Below are positions 48,167-57,481 of a stretch of 64,000 bases of DNA, piece after piece; the stretch's first letter is position 1, and every line of letters starts with the position of its first letter. The position numbers were made by a program, and so were the translations under genes. The stretch covers positions 6,617 to 70,616 of the forward strand of contig NZ_JAVZIN010000007.1 in the NCBI RefSeq assembly GCF_038871235.1. The letters run 5' to 3'. The notes under the pieces are model-generated. The model was not told the DNA's origin. It made no database searches and worked only from the letters and a program-made list of their open reading frames with translations. This DNA comes from Candidatus Hadarchaeum sp. (GTDB lineage Archaea > Hadarchaeota > Hadarchaeia > Hadarchaeales > Hadarchaeaceae).

Positions 48167-49848
48167 CCGAACGCCTCCTTAATCCTCTCCGCCAGCAGGA
48201 TTTGGTCAAATGGTCTGCCATCATTTTTGAGCACCGTGTTTTCGATTCTGAAGCCAGTATGTTCAGCGATCAGTGAGCCAAGTTGCCCCGTCATGTTGCC
48301 CTCGACCAATAGAACTTTTTTCGCCAGCTTCAAGTGCTTGTTGATCTCCCAACCCGGAAAGGGACTCAGGTACAAAACCTGTATGAATTTCAACGGTTTT
48401 TTTATCAGCTCCATGACCTCTAGCACTGCTCCTTTAGTGGACCCCCAGGCTACCACAAGGTTTTCGGCAGATGTGTCGCCGTATATCTTAACTGTTTCTC
48501 TTTCCTTCAAATCTTGGATCAGGGACGAAAGCTTACGCATTCTTTTTTCCTGCATTTTCTGAATGCCCTCGGGGCTTTCCTCAGCATAACCATATTCATT
48601 GTGTTCGTAGCTGGTGACTTTGACAACCTTTCCGGCCCAACCCGGGAATGCTAACGGTGAAATCCCACTTTCAGTAAATCTATACCTACGGTAATCTCCG
48701 CTATCTTCTTCCGCGATCTCGGCTGGTTCCACCTTCACTTTGTTCTCCTCAATATAGATGCTCATGTAGCTCTCCAGAAGATGTTTGTCTACAAGCACAA
48801 TGGCAGGCGACTGATATTTCCAAGCTAAGTTTATGGCTTCCCCCGTCTTAATGAAAGCCTCTTCAGGATCTCCCGGAGCAACAACGATTCGCGGAAATTC
48901 ACCATGTCCGGCGCCGACGGCGAATTTAAGATCTGCCTGCGCCGTGTAGGTGGGCGCTCCTACGGCCGGCGCAACCCTTTGTCCCACGACGAAAACCACC
49001 GGTATCTCGGCTTGACCAGCCATGCTGAAAGCTTCCTGCATTAGGGCGAAGCCTCCGCCTGCGGTGCCGACCATTGTCCTCACACCCGCATAGGCAGCTC
49101 CAAGTGCCATATTCGCCGCGCCGATTTCATTTTCAGGATGCACCAACACTACTCCTAGCGACTCTTGGTTGGGACCGATATAGTTCAGTATTGCGGTTGA
49201 GGGAGTCATCGGATAGGTCACATAAAGTTTCATGCCCGCCTTAACAGCCCCCAGTGCCACAGCTTCAGCGCCTGAGATAAAAGGAGTCTGTTCGCGTGAA
49301 ATTGGTTTAATTGTCAGGATTTTCTCGAAGTTTTTCTCAGCATAGTCATAGCCAGCCCTTGCTAGCTCAATATTTTTGGTGGCCTTGTCCCCATAGGCCT
49401 GCATGAGGATATCATTAGCTAGACTTGGGGGGATGCCGTAAAGGTAAGCTATGGCTCCTATCAGGACAGAGTTCCTCATTATGGGTGAACCGCCAGCTTG
49501 TTTTACCATGTCAGTGAGGGGTATTGGCAGGCTTTCGTGAGATCCCTTGTATTGGGAAACGTCGCTGTCATAGAGGATGCGGCCGCCGTCGACAAGCTCC
49601 TTTTCATGCTTGGCGATGGTATCTTGATTGACGGCGGCGATGAGGTCGATCGATTCTCGGTGAAGCCAGAGTTGTCTCTCTGAAATCCTGATTTTGCAGA
49701 AGTTGTGGCCGCCGCGAATTAATGATCCGTAGTCATTTATTACAAAGACGTAAAGTCCCATTCGGTTGAAGATCCTTCCGATGAGTTCAGCCGTACGCAT
49801 TACACCATCGCCGGCTTGCCCTCCAACGAGCAAAGAAACGTCCGTCAT
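48157..49848 (-). CDS. korA: 2-oxoacid:ferredoxin oxidoreductase alpha subunit with fused N-terminal gamma domain
   Basis: 563 aa. Gamma-like N-domain (GGQAGDGVMRTAEL) followed by the alpha domain (YPMTPST). Confidence 0.88.
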   Translation of the reverse strand: MTDVSLLVGGQAGDGVMRTAELIGRIFNRMGLYVFVINDYGSLIRGGHNFCKIRISERQLWLHRESIDLIAAVNQDTIAKHEKELVDGGRILYDSDVSQYKGSHESLPIPLTDMVKQAGGSPIMRNSVLIGAIAYLYGIPPSLANDILMQAYGDKATKNIELARAGYDYAEKNFEKILTIKPISREQTPFISGAEAVALGAVKAGMKLYVTYPMTPSTAILNYIGPNQESLGVVLVHPENEIGAANMALGAAYAGVRTMVGTAGGGFALMQEAFSMAGQAEIPVVFVVGQRVAPAVGAPTYTAQADLKFAVGAGHGEFPRIVVAPGDPEEAFIKTGEAINLAWKYQSPAIVLVDKHLLESYMSIYIEENKVKVEPAEIAEEDSGDYRRYRFTESGISPLAFPGWAGKVVKVTSYEHNEYGYAEESPEGIQKMQEKRMRKLSSLIQDLKERETVKIYGDTSAENLVVAWGSTKGAVLEVMELIKKPLKFIQVLYLSPFPGWEINKHLKLAKKVLLVEGNMTGQLGSLIAEHTGFRIENTVLKNDGRPFDQILLAERIKEAFGWR

Positions 49849-49953
49849 GATATCCTAGTCGCATTTATTTAGTTTGAATTAGTAAAAAAGCCTTTTACCA
49901 CTTAGCGGCACTTCTTTAGATCGGCTTTAATTTTTTCTAGAAAATCGTTTTAA

Positions 49954-49994
49954 TTAGGTTCGCCTAAGGTTTTTATTAAGTTAGGTCTACCTAA
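49954..49994. promoter_or_regulatory. Two DtxR/IdeR-type palindromic boxes flanking a TATA-like element
   Basis: TTAGGTTCGCCTAA (49954-49967) and TTAGGTCTACCTAA (49981-49994), with TTTTATTAA between them. The second box ends 3 nt before the TTG and 12 nt before the ATG of the dtxR-like gene. Confidence 0.65.
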
Positions 49995-49997
49995 TTT

Positions 49998-50723
49998 TTG
50001 AGCACCATGGCCCATCGCATGTTTAGAAAGAACTCCAAGCTTTCGGCCTCTGAGGAGGAGTACCTCGAGGCCATCTATAAGGAACAGACCGAATCCAAGG
50101 AACGAGTTAAGGTGAAAGATTTGGCCAAGGACCTTGGGGTTAAGGATCCCAGCGTGGTTGAGATGCTTTCAAGACTAAGCGATAAGGGCCTGATAACTAG
50201 AGATCGCTCTGGGGCCGCTCTTACCGACAGAGGCTTGAATGAAGCTATGAGAGTGGTGCGGCGCCACAAGCTCGCGGAGCGTTTGCTATGTGATGTCTTT
50301 GGCCATGAATTGCCCGGAGTTCATGAGCACGCTTGTGAGTTCGAACACGTCTTCGACGACGAGCTGACGGAAAAAATCGACGACCTCCTCAAAAGACCAG
50401 CAACTTGCCCTCACGGAGGCCCCATCCCGCGATTGAGTGGAGAGTCAGTACAGCCAGCAAAGCCCCTCTCAGACCTAGCCTGCGGCGAATCTTGTACTGT
50501 GGTCACAATACCTGAAGAGAGGGAATCGGTAGAGCGTCTGCTGGCATTGAACATACTTCCAGGTTCTAGGGTGAAGGTGGTGGAAAAGCTGCCCCGCGGG
50601 GCCATTATGCTTCAGTGCGGTAAAATGCAGGTCGCGCTCAGTCGCGATATAGCTTCCAAAATTTTGGTGAAACGGCCGGAGATGGGGAGGGTTCGGCACC
50701 GAGCGCGCCACGGTCAGCGTTGA
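49998..50723 (+). CDS. DtxR-family iron-dependent repressor with C-terminal FeoA/SH3-like domain
   Basis: 241 aa. wHTH (SEEEYLEAIY...), RRHKLAERLL and HE..CEFEH metal-site region, and a C-terminal FeoA-like domain (GESCTVVTI...LNILPGSRVKVV). Alternative ATG at 50007. Confidence 0.88.
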   Translation: MSTMAHRMFRKNSKLSASEEEYLEAIYKEQTESKERVKVKDLAKDLGVKDPSVVEMLSRLSDKGLITRDRSGAALTDRGLNEAMRVVRRHKLAERLLCDVFGHELPGVHEHACEFEHVFDDELTEKIDDLLKRPATCPHGGPIPRLSGESVQPAKPLSDLACGESCTVVTIPEERESVERLLALNILPGSRVKVVEKLPRGAIMLQCGKMQVALSRDIASKILVKRPEMGRVRHRARHGQR

Positions 50724-50727
50724 TTTT

Positions 50728-52704
50728 TTGGTGACTACCATGTCGGCGGTAAAGAAATCTGAGATAGTGGTGGCGCTTGCTGGGACCCCCAACGTAGGCA
50801 AGAGTGCCATTTTTCACCAGATCACCGGCGCCGATGTGATAGTTTCCAATTATCCGGGAACAACTGTGGAGCTGATGGAGGGCTGGGTGAAGCGCGGCGA
50901 TTATGATATCAGAGTTATCGATCTTCCCGGCGTTTATTCGCTTGGCGCGGTTTCCCAAGATGAGCTGGTTGCCCGGCGTGCTATTCTGGAACAGGAACCT
51001 GATGTGATCGTGAATATACTCGATGCTTCGAACCTGGAACGGAGCCTTTTCTTGACCCTGCAGCTGATGGAGCTTGGCCGCCCGATGCTGGTGATTATGA
51101 ATATGTATGATGTGGCACTGGCGAGGGGCCTCCATCCGAATGCTGAAGCACTCTCGAGCAAGCTCGGCCTGCCGGTGGTGACCACTGTTGCCACACGCGG
51201 GGAAAACGTTGCTAGGGCCTTTGATAAGGCCATAGAAGTTGCCTTGGCGAGGAATAGACCCGAGAAGGTTTTACCTTTGACCCGGGATACTGAGAGGGCG
51301 ATAAAGGGGCTTGCAGGAGAGATAGTCAGATCTCTAGGTAAAACACCGTTTGGACTCTCTGCACGGACCCTTGCCATAAAACTTCTGGAAGGCGATGAAC
51401 ACCTCATAAAGGCAGTGGCCGATCTTCCTGGCAGCGAGCGCGTTCTGATGAAGGCAAGGAAGTTGGCTAGGGAAATGGTGACCAAATATGGTGAACCGTC
51501 TGCTTACAGAATTGCCCGTGAGCGCCATGGCATCGCGGCCATGATCTCGCGAGAAGTGACTGAAAGGGCCCCAGCCAAACTGAAGTGGGCCCATCGTTTG
51601 GACGACATAACTTCAAGCGTACGAACTGGTGTGCCGATAATGGTGGCTGTTTTCGCGGCTCTGATTCTCTTGTTGATCTACGTGGGTGGATTTCTGGAGG
51701 GTTTGCTGGTCGAGGGTTGGGAAATTTTCGTCTCGCCGCTGCTTCGCGGTTTTTTTAACACATTGGGTGATCTGGGTCGGATTCTAGATATTGGAATCAA
51801 CCAAGGCATCATCGGGATCTTGGCGGTCATGATTCCTTACATTCTGGTCTTTTTTCTCGTCTTCGCCCTGCTCGAGGACATCGGTTATCTGCCGCGCATG
51901 GCCTTTGTGATGGATTCGGCTATGCACCGGATAGGACTTCACGGACGTGCAGTAGTTCCGATGCTGGGCGGTTTCGGTTGCAATGTCCCCGCAATCATGG
52001 CCACGAGGGTACTGATAACGAGACGGGAGAGACTGATCGCCAACTTTCTTATCACCATGGTTCCCTGCTCAGCGCGTACTGCTGTAATTCTTGGCACGGT
52101 TGGATATTTTTTGGGCGTCCAATATGCGCTTTTGATTTACGGCATCATCTTAATTCTAATCTTCATCGTCGGACTGGTTCTCAACCGATTCTTACGCGGT
52201 CGGGTTTCTGGGATGATCATGGAGATGCCACCGCTACGCTTGCCCATACTCAGGCCGCTGTTAAGCAAGACATGGATGAGGATGAAGCACTTCGTCTATT
52301 TTGCCACTCCTGTGCTTATCGTCGGCAGCCTAGTGATAGGTGCTCTGCATGTTTTCGAATTGTTGGCCGCGATAGTCGCGCCGCTCTCCCCACTCACCTC
52401 GGGCTGGCTAGGCCTGCCTGCCGTGACCATCATCTCGCTTCTCTATGGCTTCATCAGAAAAGAAGGGGCGCTTGTTCTGCTGGTGACCATAGCAGGTACA
52501 TCGAACCTGTTGAATTTCATGACCCCCCTGCAGTTGTTTGTCTTTGCTCTTGTCGTCTCAATCTACGTGCCTTGTGCAGCCACCGTAGCGGCTCTTAAGC
52601 AGGAACTAGGCTGGAAGGACGCGATCATGATAAGCGCGAGTACTTTTCTTATTGCGCTGCTAGTAGGTGGTATTTTCAATCACCTGAACCCCATTGGGCT
52701 TTGA
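50728..52704 (+). CDS. feoB: Ferrous iron transporter FeoB
   Basis: 658 aa. G-domain (GTPNVGKS, DLPG, NMYD) plus a polytopic membrane domain. GTG at 50728 or ATG at 50740. Confidence 0.94.
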   Translation: MVTTMSAVKKSEIVVALAGTPNVGKSAIFHQITGADVIVSNYPGTTVELMEGWVKRGDYDIRVIDLPGVYSLGAVSQDELVARRAILEQEPDVIVNILDASNLERSLFLTLQLMELGRPMLVIMNMYDVALARGLHPNAEALSSKLGLPVVTTVATRGENVARAFDKAIEVALARNRPEKVLPLTRDTERAIKGLAGEIVRSLGKTPFGLSARTLAIKLLEGDEHLIKAVADLPGSERVLMKARKLAREMVTKYGEPSAYRIARERHGIAAMISREVTERAPAKLKWAHRLDDITSSVRTGVPIMVAVFAALILLLIYVGGFLEGLLVEGWEIFVSPLLRGFFNTLGDLGRILDIGINQGIIGILAVMIPYILVFFLVFALLEDIGYLPRMAFVMDSAMHRIGLHGRAVVPMLGGFGCNVPAIMATRVLITRRERLIANFLITMVPCSARTAVILGTVGYFLGVQYALLIYGIILILIFIVGLVLNRFLRGRVSGMIMEMPPLRLPILRPLLSKTWMRMKHFVYFATPVLIVGSLVIGALHVFELLAAIVAPLSPLTSGWLGLPAVTIISLLYGFIRKEGALVLLVTIAGTSNLLNFMTPLQLFVFALVVSIYVPCAATVAALKQELGWKDAIMISASTFLIALLVGGIFNHLNPIGL

Positions 52705-52747
52705 AGGCAATCTTATTACGTGCGAATGAACATAAACTATTGATACC

Positions 52748-53098
52748 ATGCCGCGACGATGGTGCTGGCGGAGAGGTGGGCCGGGTAGGCCGATGAAGCC
52801 GCGATTTCTCAGTTCTGTGCCATCACCAACCATGTTTGTTCCTTGGGTTCCAGGTGGCGGCCCCATGCCCACTAAAGAGCCGATTTACCTCTCCTACGAT
52901 GAGTACGAGTCCCTGCGTTTGACTTACATAGAGGGTTTGAATCAGGAGGAGGTCGCCGAGCGAATGAAGATATCGCGTGGCACCGTCTGGCGTTGTCTGG
53001 AGAGCGCCAGAAATAAGCTCGTCCGGATGATGGTCGAGCGGAGACCTCTGATCATCGCCGATAAACCACCTCAGCCACCGGAGGGGCCGAGCACTTGA
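52748..53098 (+). CDS. DUF134 (UPF0251) family putative DNA-binding protein
   Basis: 116 aa. MPRR...KPRF...L.YDEYESLRLTYIEGLNQEEVAERMKISRGTVWRCLESARNKL, a sigma-70 region-4-like HTH. Confidence 0.8.
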   Translation: MPRRWCWRRGGPGRPMKPRFLSSVPSPTMFVPWVPGGGPMPTKEPIYLSYDEYESLRLTYIEGLNQEEVAERMKISRGTVWRCLESARNKLVRMMVERRPLIIADKPPQPPEGPST

Positions 53099-53952
53099 AC
53101 TCAGTAGATGGGCTGAGGCTTACGGTATTGGTCGAGGACACCAAGAAAAGGCCCGATCTTGCAGCCAAACACGGTCTATCATTTTTCATCGAGGTTGAAT
53201 CAGCAGGTAGTATTACCACGTTGCTACTGGATGCCGGGCCCTCGGCGGAACTGGTGCTGGGCAATGCTCGAAAGCTGGGCATTGATCTGGGGAAATTGGA
53301 TTACATTGTTATCAGTCATGGACATTACGATCACACCGGCGGGCTTTTAGGAGTCCTGAAATTCGTCAACAAGAAGGTACCCGTGGTTCTTCATCCGCAG
53401 GCGCTTGTGCCAAAATTTGTGGTGAAACAGGGAAGGCTCAAGAAGATAGGCATTACAAGCACGGTTGCGGAGCTTGAGGGTGCCGGTGGCTTTCTGGCTC
53501 GAAATCGGAAGACCCACTCGTTAATGCCGGGCGTATGGGTTAGCGGTGAAATCAAAAGGACAAATCAGTATGAACTGGTTAAGGGGTTCAAGACTGAGAT
53601 TGGGGGAAAAGTTGTTAAGGATAACTTGCCCGACGATCAGGCACTTTTCGTGAAGTTGAAGAATGAAGGGCTGTTGGTGATTACTGGTTGCGCCCATGCC
53701 GGGATAATTAACACAATTGAACACGCTCAAAAGGCAACTGGTTTGAGCCGTTTGCGTGCGGTCATCGGAGGATTTCACTTGTTCGGATCAAGCGCGAGAA
53801 GGATAAATTGGACAACCGAGGAACTCCAGAAACAGGGAGTAGAATTGCTGATGCCTTGCCATTGTACAGGAAGAAGGGCCATCGCGAAGTTCGTTAAGCT
53901 TTACGGTAAAAATTGCCACAGGCTCAGGACTGGTGATGCAGTTGTTTTCTGA
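53095..53952 (+). CDS. MBL-fold metallo-hydrolase (COG1237-like)
   Basis: 285 aa. LTVLVEDT...HGLSFFIE...ISHGHYDHTGGL. TTG start overlaps the DUF134 TGA. Confidence 0.8.
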   Translation: MNSVDGLRLTVLVEDTKKRPDLAAKHGLSFFIEVESAGSITTLLLDAGPSAELVLGNARKLGIDLGKLDYIVISHGHYDHTGGLLGVLKFVNKKVPVVLHPQALVPKFVVKQGRLKKIGITSTVAELEGAGGFLARNRKTHSLMPGVWVSGEIKRTNQYELVKGFKTEIGGKVVKDNLPDDQALFVKLKNEGLLVITGCAHAGIINTIEHAQKATGLSRLRAVIGGFHLFGSSARRINWTTEELQKQGVELLMPCHCTGRRAIAKFVKLYGKNCHRLRTGDAVVF

Positions 53953-54060
53953 TAAATTAAAATGTTTTCATTCCCAAACTTCTCATCAAGAATTCACAAT
54001 TTGGCACCATCTGGATGATGATTCTTTTCTCTCTTTACGATCGTGATCACAACTTTTAAA

Positions 54061-54077
54061 TTTAGGTAAAACCTAAA
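54061..54077. promoter_or_regulatory. Perfect palindrome TTTAGGT-AAA-ACCTAAA (candidate operator of the DtxR-like/ZIP operon)
   Basis: 7-nt arms with a 3-nt spacer. It abuts a TTTTAAAT TATA-like element and ends 14 nt upstream of ATG 54092. Confidence 0.6.
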
Positions 54078-54082
54078 ATTTT

Positions 54083-54544
54083 TTGTTAAGAATGAAAACG
54101 AAATTAATCGTTACCGAAAATGAGGCCAGGTATTTAATGTTAATTTATAGAAGACAGGTAGAAAACTTTTCCGATTTTGGGACCACGGACATAGCAAGAA
54201 TTCTTAAGGTTCGGCCCGCCACAGTTACGGAAGCGATACAAAACCTTGCCAAAAAGAAACTTGTCAAGCACAGACCCTATCATGGCGTCCAATTAACCAA
54301 GAGGGGAGTAAGGGAAGCCCAAAAACTTTTGAGAAGGCATCGAATTCTTGAACTTTTTCTTTCAGATTTCCTAAAATATGATGTTAGAAAGTCGTGCCTT
54401 GAGGCCTCAAAAATTGATTATCATGTTTCGAGTTCTCTCATCAACGACATTTGCAGGCTTTATGGACATCCGCGCACCTGTCCGTGTAAAAAGAATATTT
54501 TTACTGACCCCGGCTGTTTAAAGGAAAGGGTAAAAGCGAAGTGA
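54083..54544 (+). CDS. DtxR/MntR-family metal-dependent transcriptional regulator (short form)
   Basis: 153 aa. wHTH (TTDIARILKVRPATVTEAIQNLAKKKLV), RRHRILELFL and C-terminal GHPRTCPC. TTG at 54083 or ATG at 54092. Confidence 0.82.
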   Translation: MLRMKTKLIVTENEARYLMLIYRRQVENFSDFGTTDIARILKVRPATVTEAIQNLAKKKLVKHRPYHGVQLTKRGVREAQKLLRRHRILELFLSDFLKYDVRKSCLEASKIDYHVSSSLINDICRLYGHPRTCPCKKNIFTDPGCLKERVKAK

Positions 54545-55299
54545 GTTGGATGGAGGGAATGGTTTCGATTCTGTTGGCAACGTTTTTGGTAAGTTTGATT
54601 TCATTTGTCGGGGCAATGACTCTGGTAGTTTCAGAAAGATTACTCAAGTATATCCTGCTGGCACTGGTCGGTTTATCGGCCGGGGCTCTAATCGGCGGGG
54701 CCTTTTTACATCTTTTACCGGAGGCGATAGAAGAAACTGCGGGCGTGGAAATCGGCAACGTTTTTCAGGCAGTAATCGTCGGCTTCGTGATATTTTTCAT
54801 CTTGGAAAAGTTACTCTGGCGGCACTGTCACGAAAAGTCTTGTCCGATTCACACGTTTGCCTATCTTAATCTTGTTGGTGACGGAGTTCATAATTTCATC
54901 GATGGCTTGATAATTGCCTCCGGATTCCTAGCCAGTCCACAGCTCGGTTTGGTCACGGCTTTAGCGGTTGCAGCCCACGAGGTTCCCCAAGAACTCGGTG
55001 ATTTTGGGGTAATTGTCTACGGTGGTATGAAACCCCGGGTGGCTCTTTTATTAAATTTTGTAACTGCTCTTACTGCCGTTGCTGGTGGTCTGTTTGGCTA
55101 TTATTTCTTTTCACATCTGGAGCACGCGATGACTTTTCTCTTGCCTTTTGCCGCCGGTGGATTCCTTTACATTGCCGCCGCTGATCTAATACCGGAGCTG
55201 CATAAGGAGAGCGATCGGGCAAAGACGGTGCTATCATTTTTGATGTTCATGGTAGGAATAGCCTTGATGTTGGTTATTAAGATATTACTCGGGGGTTAA
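54541..55299 (+). CDS. ZIP family metal (Zn/Fe/Mn) transporter
   Basis: 252 aa. HNFIDGL and AHEVPQELGDF motifs. 4-nt overlap with the regulator gene. Confidence 0.88.
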   Translation: MSWMEGMVSILLATFLVSLISFVGAMTLVVSERLLKYILLALVGLSAGALIGGAFLHLLPEAIEETAGVEIGNVFQAVIVGFVIFFILEKLLWRHCHEKSCPIHTFAYLNLVGDGVHNFIDGLIIASGFLASPQLGLVTALAVAAHEVPQELGDFGVIVYGGMKPRVALLLNFVTALTAVAGGLFGYYFFSHLEHAMTFLLPFAAGGFLYIAAADLIPELHKESDRAKTVLSFLMFMVGIALMLVIKILLGG

Positions 55300-55326
55300 T
55301 TTTCTAACTGAGAGCACGATAATCCG

Positions 55327-56106
55327 TTGGTGCTGGTTGTGGCAATAGTTTATGGTCCGGTTTCTTCTTGGCGGTTAGGAAGATCGTTGGGCGTGGATCC
55401 AATTTGCCAAAGGGGAAAGATCTGCTCGTTTGACTGCATCTACTGTTCGCTCGGTCCAACCACCGCGAAGTCGGTTGAACGGAGGATTTTTGTCACCGAA
55501 GACCAAGTCGCGCGCGCCCTCAGGCGAGCCATCAAGAGGGTTAACGCTGATGTGGTGACTTTCTCCGGTACCGGCGAACCAACGCTGGCTCAGAACTTGG
55601 GGGCACTTATAGAGACCGCTCGGGAGATTTCAGGGTTACCCGTGGCGGTTCTGACCAACTCTTCACTTAAGAGCAGGAAGGATGTTAGAGAGGATCTGGT
55701 CAAGGCAGATGTGGTGAAGGGCAAGTTGGATGTTTTCAACGATCAGCTGCTACGGATGATAAATCGACCTCATCAGAGCTTGAGTTTTCAGAAAATTGTT
55801 GAGGGGTTGAAGAAATTCCGTGCCGGTTTCAGAGGCAAGTTCCAATTGGAGGTCATGTTCGTCCCGGAGAATATGGGTTTTTCTCGCGAGATCGCCGAAA
55901 TTGTCAGATCAGTAGGTCCCGACGAGGTTCAGATCAACACACCTCTTAGGCCCAGCCCAACCAGACCGCTGACGCCGCAGGAGTTAGAGCGTGTTCAGAA
56001 GGATTTTGAGGGAATGAATTTACGATCGGTTTATCTTGCAGCGAAGCCTAGAGTGGGCATGACTGTAGGTAAAGGGAAGATGAGAAGGCTCAAGAGGTCT
56101 GATTAA
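55327..56106 (+). CDS. Radical SAM protein, function unknown
   Basis: 259 aa. YGPVSSWRLGRSLGV N-terminal signature, CSFDCIYC (CxxxCxxC) and a GTGEPTL SAM-binding motif. Confidence 0.8.
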   Translation: MVLVVAIVYGPVSSWRLGRSLGVDPICQRGKICSFDCIYCSLGPTTAKSVERRIFVTEDQVARALRRAIKRVNADVVTFSGTGEPTLAQNLGALIETAREISGLPVAVLTNSSLKSRKDVREDLVKADVVKGKLDVFNDQLLRMINRPHQSLSFQKIVEGLKKFRAGFRGKFQLEVMFVPENMGFSREIAEIVRSVGPDEVQINTPLRPSPTRPLTPQELERVQKDFEGMNLRSVYLAAKPRVGMTVGKGKMRRLKRSD

Positions 56107-56193
56107 AATAAATTCGGTGAGGGCAAATTTACCTTAAAATTAGTTCTTGATGAAAAAGGACTAAAATCTAAAATATCAAAGATCCATGGCTAA

Positions 56194-57084
56194 TTGACAT
56201 TCATGAGTACTCAGCCTTTGAATGCTGAAGTTAAAGACGCCGCCGTTGCCGCGCAGAGGGAGGAGATCAATGGTCACCTCATTTACAAGAGGCTGGCAAC
56301 GGTTGCAAGAGATCCGCGCACTAAGGAGATTTTGGAACGGATGGCCACAGATGAACTCAGACACTACAACTTCTGGAAAGAGCACACCCAGATCAACGTG
56401 AAACCCAGCAGGATGTTGGTTTGGTTTTACGTTTTCGTCTCGAGAATTTTTGGCATAACTTTTGGTTTGAAATTGATGGAAAATAGCGAGGAGCGAGCTC
56501 AAGAAATCTACGATAAATTGTCCAAGTTTGTGGCGGGGGCTGAGGAAATCCTGCGGGACGAGGAGATTCACGAGGACCAACTTATCGGTTCTGTTAAGGA
56601 GGAAAGGCTTGATTATGTTAGCTCCATGGTGCTGGGGTTGAATGACGCGCTGGTAGAGTTAACCGGGGCGTTGGCTGGATTCAGCTTAGCCTTTCAGAAC
56701 AGTCTAGTTGTCGCAGTGGCAGGCTTGATCACAGGGATCGCGGCTTCTCTTTCCATGGCCACTTCCGCGTACCTTTCGACGAAGGCGGAGGGGTCTTCGA
56801 AACTTCCGCTCAAGGCCGCGCTTTACACGGGAAGTGCTTATCTGATTACGGTGATGCTACTAATAGCGCCATTTCTCTTATTTCAGGAGACCATTCTTTC
56901 GCTGGGAGTAACGATAACGTTTGCCATCCTCATCATTTTTGTTTTCACCTACTACATTTCCGTGGCTAAGGATCTTCCCTTTAAGAGAAGATTTGTCGAG
57001 ATGGCGGCGATTAGCCTGGGGGTTGCCGCGCTGACGTTTTTGATCGGGGTTATTGTCAGGGTGTATCTGGGAATCGAAATCTGA
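56194..57084 (+). CDS. Ferritin-like (rubrerythrin-type) domain fused to a VIT1/CCC1 iron transporter
   Basis: 296 aa. N-terminus EEINGHLIY...DELRHY...EEIHED (ExxH pairs). The C-terminal membrane domain has LGLNDALVEL. TTG at 56194 or ATG at 56203. Confidence 0.82.
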   Translation: MTFMSTQPLNAEVKDAAVAAQREEINGHLIYKRLATVARDPRTKEILERMATDELRHYNFWKEHTQINVKPSRMLVWFYVFVSRIFGITFGLKLMENSEERAQEIYDKLSKFVAGAEEILRDEEIHEDQLIGSVKEERLDYVSSMVLGLNDALVELTGALAGFSLAFQNSLVVAVAGLITGIAASLSMATSAYLSTKAEGSSKLPLKAALYTGSAYLITVMLLIAPFLLFQETILSLGVTITFAILIIFVFTYYISVAKDLPFKRRFVEMAAISLGVAALTFLIGVIVRVYLGIEI

Positions 57085-57198
57085 GACTATGGGAGTCGAT
57101 TTGTCTAGTAGTAGATATTAGAAGTTTAAATGATGGTTTTATAACTCGGGTCTAGCTTAATCAAAAGCTTTTTATATTTTGTGCAATAGAACATAATT

Positions 57199-57465
57199 TT
57201 GGTGATATTAATGTGTGGGTGGAGAAGAGCAAGCCAGTATTGGCCTGGCAGAGGGCCGTTCAACTATTTACCCCCATGGGAACGTCCTGGTTGGCTCTAC
57301 GGTCCAAGGGCTTGCTGGCGGTTCTATATCCAGAAGGCGCGTCCGGCAAAGGCTTCGCCGGATGTAGATCTCGAATACCTCAAAAATTACGCTGAGGAGC
57401 TGAAGCGGGAGCTGGAAGACGTTGAATCCAGAATAAAAAGTCTTGAGTCGCAGGGCGAGAGGTAA
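57199..57465 (+). CDS. DUF5320 family protein
   Basis: 88 aa. A Gly/Pro/Trp-rich N-terminus (GRGPFNYLPPWERPGW) followed by a coiled coil (LKNYAEELKRELEDVESRIKSLE). Confidence 0.65.
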   Translation: MVILMCGWRRASQYWPGRGPFNYLPPWERPGWLYGPRACWRFYIQKARPAKASPDVDLEYLKNYAEELKRELEDVESRIKSLESQGER

Positions 57466-57481
57466 CTGGTTGTGAGATATT

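Noticed and set aside
50934-52598. 183-aa antisense ORF and 206-aa alternative-frame ORF within feoB
   Set aside because: FeoB is continuous and complete in its own frame. The overlapping ORFs have Arg/Ser/His-rich composition and no motifs.
54015-54060. Perfect C-box-like AUGAUGA upstream of the DtxR-like gene
   Set aside because: No downstream CUGA D box within a plausible distance, so it is probably fortuitous.
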